The notes beneath the pieces were generated by a model. That model saw only the letters and a list, made by a program, of their open reading frames with translations, made no database searches and was not told where the DNA came from. From positions 64,831 through 128,830 of the forward strand of contig CAVVTZ010000012.1 in assembly GCA_963751275.1 (NCBI GenBank): a DNA stretch of 64,000 nt, given 5' to 3'. The DNA comes from an uncultured Gemmatimonadaceae bacterium. Its GTDB lineage: Bacteria > Gemmatimonadota > Gemmatimonadetes > Gemmatimonadales > Gemmatimonadaceae. Made by a program: the position numbers and the translations under genes. Below are positions 60,445 to 64,000 of the stretch, one piece after another (position 1 is the stretch's first letter; every line of letters begins with the position of its first letter).

Positions 60445-63069
60445 ATGCTCTGGACCGCCGCGGCCGCCGCCGCGGTGGTGGCTGCGGCGTGGTGGCTCCG
60501 CGACCCTGGAGTACGCTACCTCGCCGTCGCGGCGGCCGCTACGGGGCTCGCGGTGCTGCTCGGGCTGCGGCTGCCCGCGCGCGCGCGGTCGTGGGCGCTG
60601 GCCTTCGATGTGGCGGCCGTGCTCTTCGTGGCGCTGGCCGCGAGTTCCCAGCTCACCCTCTCGCGCATCGCATCGGACTGGCCGGCGTACCGGGCGGCGC
60701 GACTCGAGCGCGGCGCCGGCGCGCTGAGCGAGGAGTACGCGCGGACGGCGGCGTCGCTGCGCGAGGCCGCCGCCCGCGCGCTCGACGCGCCGGCCGATCC
60801 CGCGGCGGCGTTCCGCGCGCTGGCGCCGCTCGCGCCCGGGAGCGCGCGCGGCGTGCTGCTGTACGTGGACGAGCGGCCGGCCGCGTGGGCGGGGCGGATC
60901 TTCGCCGAGGCGGATTCGCTGACTGCGCCCATCGGGATCGCGCGCGGTCCGTTCTACGCGACGATGTACGCATCGGCCATGCGCGGGAACCGGCGCGCGC
61001 TGGCGACGGCGGTGGTGCACACCGAGCCACCGGCGGACCGCCTGACGTCGTCGCTGGATGGCGCGGTGGCGTCGCGCGAGGGGCTGAGCGGATTCCGGCT
61101 CCTGGTGCCGCTCGAGGACGGCGGGCCGGAGGTCGCGGTATTCGCCGACGGGCGCGACACGCTGCTGCGCGCGGAGCCGGTGGCGCCGGACAAGGGCGAG
61201 GCGCGGCTCATCGAGTCCGACCGGGTGCGCACGAGCGGGCTGCCGCTGGCCGCGATCGCGCTCGTTTTCATGCTGGCGGCGGCGTGGCGGATGGGGCGCG
61301 GCGTGGCATGGCGTCTCGCGCCGCTCGCGGCGGTGCTGGTGGCGGTGGCGGTGGCGCCGCTGAGCGCGCTGTCGGCGCGCTCGGTGCTGTTCGATCCGAC
61401 CGTGTATTACGCGAAGATCGGCGGCCCATTCACCGCGAGCGCGGGGGCGCTGTCGATCGCGGCCGGACTCGCGCTGCTCGCGCTCATGCTCGCGCTGCGG
61501 GCGCGGCTGCGCACCCCGCGGCGTGGGGCGGCGCTGCTCGTCGCCGCGGCGGTGATGGGGGCCGGGCCGTTCCTGATGCGGGCGTTGGCGCGCGGCGTGT
61601 CGCCGCCGACGGGCGGCGTGACGATCACGCTCTGGCTCGCGTGGGAGGTGGCGCTGTTCCTCGCGGCCGCCGTGCTGCTGGTGGCGGCGGCGGCGGCGGG
61701 CCGGTCGGCACTCGGGCGCTCACGCGTGCTGCCGGTGTGGCTCGCGCCGCTCCTCGCGGCGGCCGGTGCGGTGACCGGCGCGATCATCCTCGAGCCGCCG
61801 GGCGATTGGCCGCAATGGTACACGCTACTATGGATGGCCGCCGTGGGCGCGCTCGCATTCGCGCGGCCGCACAAGCGCTACGTGCTCGCCGCCGGCATCG
61901 TCGCCGCGTGCGGCGCCACGACGCTCACCTGGAACGCGGGCGTGCGCGGGCGGACCGCGCTCGCGAACCGGGACCTGGATGAACTGACGGCGCCCGATCC
62001 CGACGTGAGCGCGCTGCTCGCGCGGTTCGGCGGAGCGCTCGCGATGCAGCCGCCGCCGCTCAGCGAGCCGGAGTTGCTGCAGGCGTACATGCACTCCGAT
62101 CTCGTGGGCGCCGGCTTCCCCGTGGCACTCACGCGGTGGAGCGCCACCGGCGACGTGCGCGCGCACATCGCGCTGGATCCGATCGAATTGCCGGCCGATG
62201 CGGCGCGCGATCTGATCGTCGCCGCCGGCCGCGCGGGGCGGCCGCTCGTGGAGACCGTGCTCGCGATGCCCGGCGTGCTCACCGCGCTCGCGGTGCCGTC
62301 GTACGGCGGCGGCGCGACGACGGTCACGGTCGCGCCGCGCACGCGCCTGATCCCCGAGAGTCCGTACATGCCGATGCTCGGACTCGCGCCGCGCGAGCAC
62401 GGCGAGCCGCCCTACCAGATCTCCTTCGTCGGCGTGGATCCGGCAATGCCGCTCGCGGCGGGGCGCACCACCTGGTACCGACGCGGCGATGAACTGCACG
62501 GCGACCGCCTGGTGCGCACGATGCATGGTCCGCGCCGCGCGCACATCGAGATCGCCCTGCGGTCGCCGCTCGTGCTCGCACAGCGCGGCGCGCTCATCGT
62601 GCTGTTGGACGTGGTGCTGCTCGCGGTACTTTGGATCCTCACCGCGGCGCCGGGGCGCGTGAGCCGCCGCTGGGCGCGCGCGGGGCTCCGCCGCTGGATG
62701 GCCAGCTACCGCGCGCGCCTCTCGCTCGCGCTCTTCGCGTTCTTCGTGCTCCCGGCGCTCGGCTTCGCCCTCTGGAGCTACGAGCGCCTGCTCACCGAGG
62801 ACCGCCAGGCGCGCGAGCTGGTGGTGCGCGAAACGCTGCGCGGCGTGGAGAGCAGCGACATCGCGCGCATGGACTCCACCGGCGACCGGCTCGGGACGCC
62901 GCTGCTCGTGTACCGCGCCGGACTGTTGCGCTGGTCGAGCGATCCGCTGTGGGACGCGCTCGCGCCCACCGGGCGCCTGCTCGATCCGGCGACGTACCAG
63001 CTGCTGAAGGAAGGCCACGAGGAGTTCCTCGACCGGTGTCGGCTTGCGCTGGGGGCGCAGGATCAGTGA
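60445..63069 (+). CDS. Large polytopic membrane protein, probably the N-terminal part of an NtrY-like sensor kinase; appears truncated at about 63035
   Basis: Many TM helices; SYRARLSLALFAFFVLPA segment; no HisKA/HATPase motifs before the stop; start uncertain (60418 or 60445). Confidence 0.6.
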   Translation: MLWTAAAAAAVVAAAWWLRDPGVRYLAVAAAATGLAVLLGLRLPARARSWALAFDVAAVLFVALAASSQLTLSRIASDWPAYRAARLERGAGALSEEYARTAASLREAAARALDAPADPAAAFRALAPLAPGSARGVLLYVDERPAAWAGRIFAEADSLTAPIGIARGPFYATMYASAMRGNRRALATAVVHTEPPADRLTSSLDGAVASREGLSGFRLLVPLEDGGPEVAVFADGRDTLLRAEPVAPDKGEARLIESDRVRTSGLPLAAIALVFMLAAAWRMGRGVAWRLAPLAAVLVAVAVAPLSALSARSVLFDPTVYYAKIGGPFTASAGALSIAAGLALLALMLALRARLRTPRRGAALLVAAAVMGAGPFLMRALARGVSPPTGGVTITLWLAWEVALFLAAAVLLVAAAAAGRSALGRSRVLPVWLAPLLAAAGAVTGAIILEPPGDWPQWYTLLWMAAVGALAFARPHKRYVLAAGIVAACGATTLTWNAGVRGRTALANRDLDELTAPDPDVSALLARFGGALAMQPPPLSEPELLQAYMHSDLVGAGFPVALTRWSATGDVRAHIALDPIELPADAARDLIVAAGRAGRPLVETVLAMPGVLTALAVPSYGGGATTVTVAPRTRLIPESPYMPMLGLAPREHGEPPYQISFVGVDPAMPLAAGRTTWYRRGDELHGDRLVRTMHGPRRAHIEIALRSPLVLAQRGALIVLLDVVLLAVLWILTAAPGRVSRRWARAGLRRWMASYRARLSLALFAFFVLPALGFALWSYERLLTEDRQARELVVRETLRGVESSDIARMDSTGDRLGTPLLVYRAGLLRWSSDPLWDALAPTGRLLDPATYQLLKEGHEEFLDRCRLALGAQDQ

Positions 63070-63215
63070 CGTCACTTGGCGGCTTTTGCGGCGGGGTGCA
63101 GGAGGCCGATCGGTCGAGCCATCAGAGGTGGTGGCCGCCGGAATGTGGCTATTCTGCGTTGTGGTGGTGATTCGCTTCATCTGTCCCAAGCGCGCCAACC
63201 GGGTGCAGGTATGCC

Positions 63216-64000
63216 TTGCTCTCGTGGTCGCGGTCTGTGGTCTTGGCGGTTCCGGCTGCAGCTGCGGCGAGGCGGGTGACGGTCCGTGTCATGAGCCGCA
63301 ACCTGAACCTGGGGGCGAACCTCGAACTGGGAGTGCGGGCCACAAGTCTGCAGGGGCTGGTGAACACGGCGGGGACGATCCTCCACCAGGTCGACCAGAA
63401 CAACTTCCCGGTCCGGGCGAAGGGGCTGGCAGCGGAGATCCTGACCAAGAACCCGGATCTGGTCGGGCTTCAGGAAGCGGCGCGGTGGCGTACGGGGCCA
63501 TGCACCGAGAACCCCCTTCCGCCCAGGTGACACACGTGCGCTACGACTACGTGCAACTGCTGCTGAACCAGCTCAACCGCGGCAAGCAACGCTATCGCGT
63601 CGTGATCTCCGAGCCGGAGTTCGACTTCGAGGTGTACGTGAACACCGACGGCAACGCGTCGACCGCGGCGCCGGGGTGCCCGCTCGGCAGCGAGATGCAG
63701 TGCGGTCTACGACGCGCGACGTGATCCTCGCGCGCGTCGGGCGCGTCAGAACGTCCAACGCCCGCGGCGGGCACTTCGCCACCCAGCTCCAGGTGAAGCC
63801 GGCCGGCGTCGCGCTCAACGTCACGCGGGCTGGGACGAGCGTGGATGCGCAGGTGCCGGGGGGCGGCGAAGTTCCGCTTCGTCAACGCGCATCTCGAGGG
63901 CGTTCGACAACCAGTTCGAGAACGACACCAGCACGGGCGCCGATGTCGGCAACGGCAGGATCCGTGAGGCGCAGGCCAAGGAGCTGGTCAAGCGGGGCGG
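63216..64000 (+). pseudogene. Endonuclease/exonuclease/phosphatase family fragment, multiply frameshifted, runs off the window
   Basis: VRVMSRNLNLGA, PDLVGLQE, RDVILAR, FRFVNAHLE, IREAQAKEL across frames. Confidence 0.7.

Overview
High-GC (about 70% by eye) bacterial chromosomal segment. It is probably Gemmatimonadota, inferred from the ffs-dnaX-ybaB-recR-mglB-mglA-pgsA order, the serial MacB-type permeases and the FCB-style exported proteins. Gene content is mostly housekeeping or metabolic: pyk, class II aldolase, ltaE, cinA-grpE-dnaJ, deoC with a two-domain ALDH, iscS-mnmA, tandem amidohydrolases, bshB1-kynA-kynB-DUF2723-GT-C, and a TolC/MFP/ATPase unit with six permeases. Many genes, including conserved housekeeping ones, carry single-base frameshifts, most likely long-read errors, and the sequence appears to switch source at about 63035. 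I recognised no CRISPR array, transposase, tRNA or rRNA. The most striking unexplained structure is non-coding: about 15 palindromic elements built on a 7-nt register from several different heptamer words. They fill many intergenic gaps, show arm-to-arm compensatory changes, sit in frame inside protein linkers (DnaX, ALDH), bracket gene pairs, and often stop 20-35 nt upstream of apparently leaderless -10 promoters.
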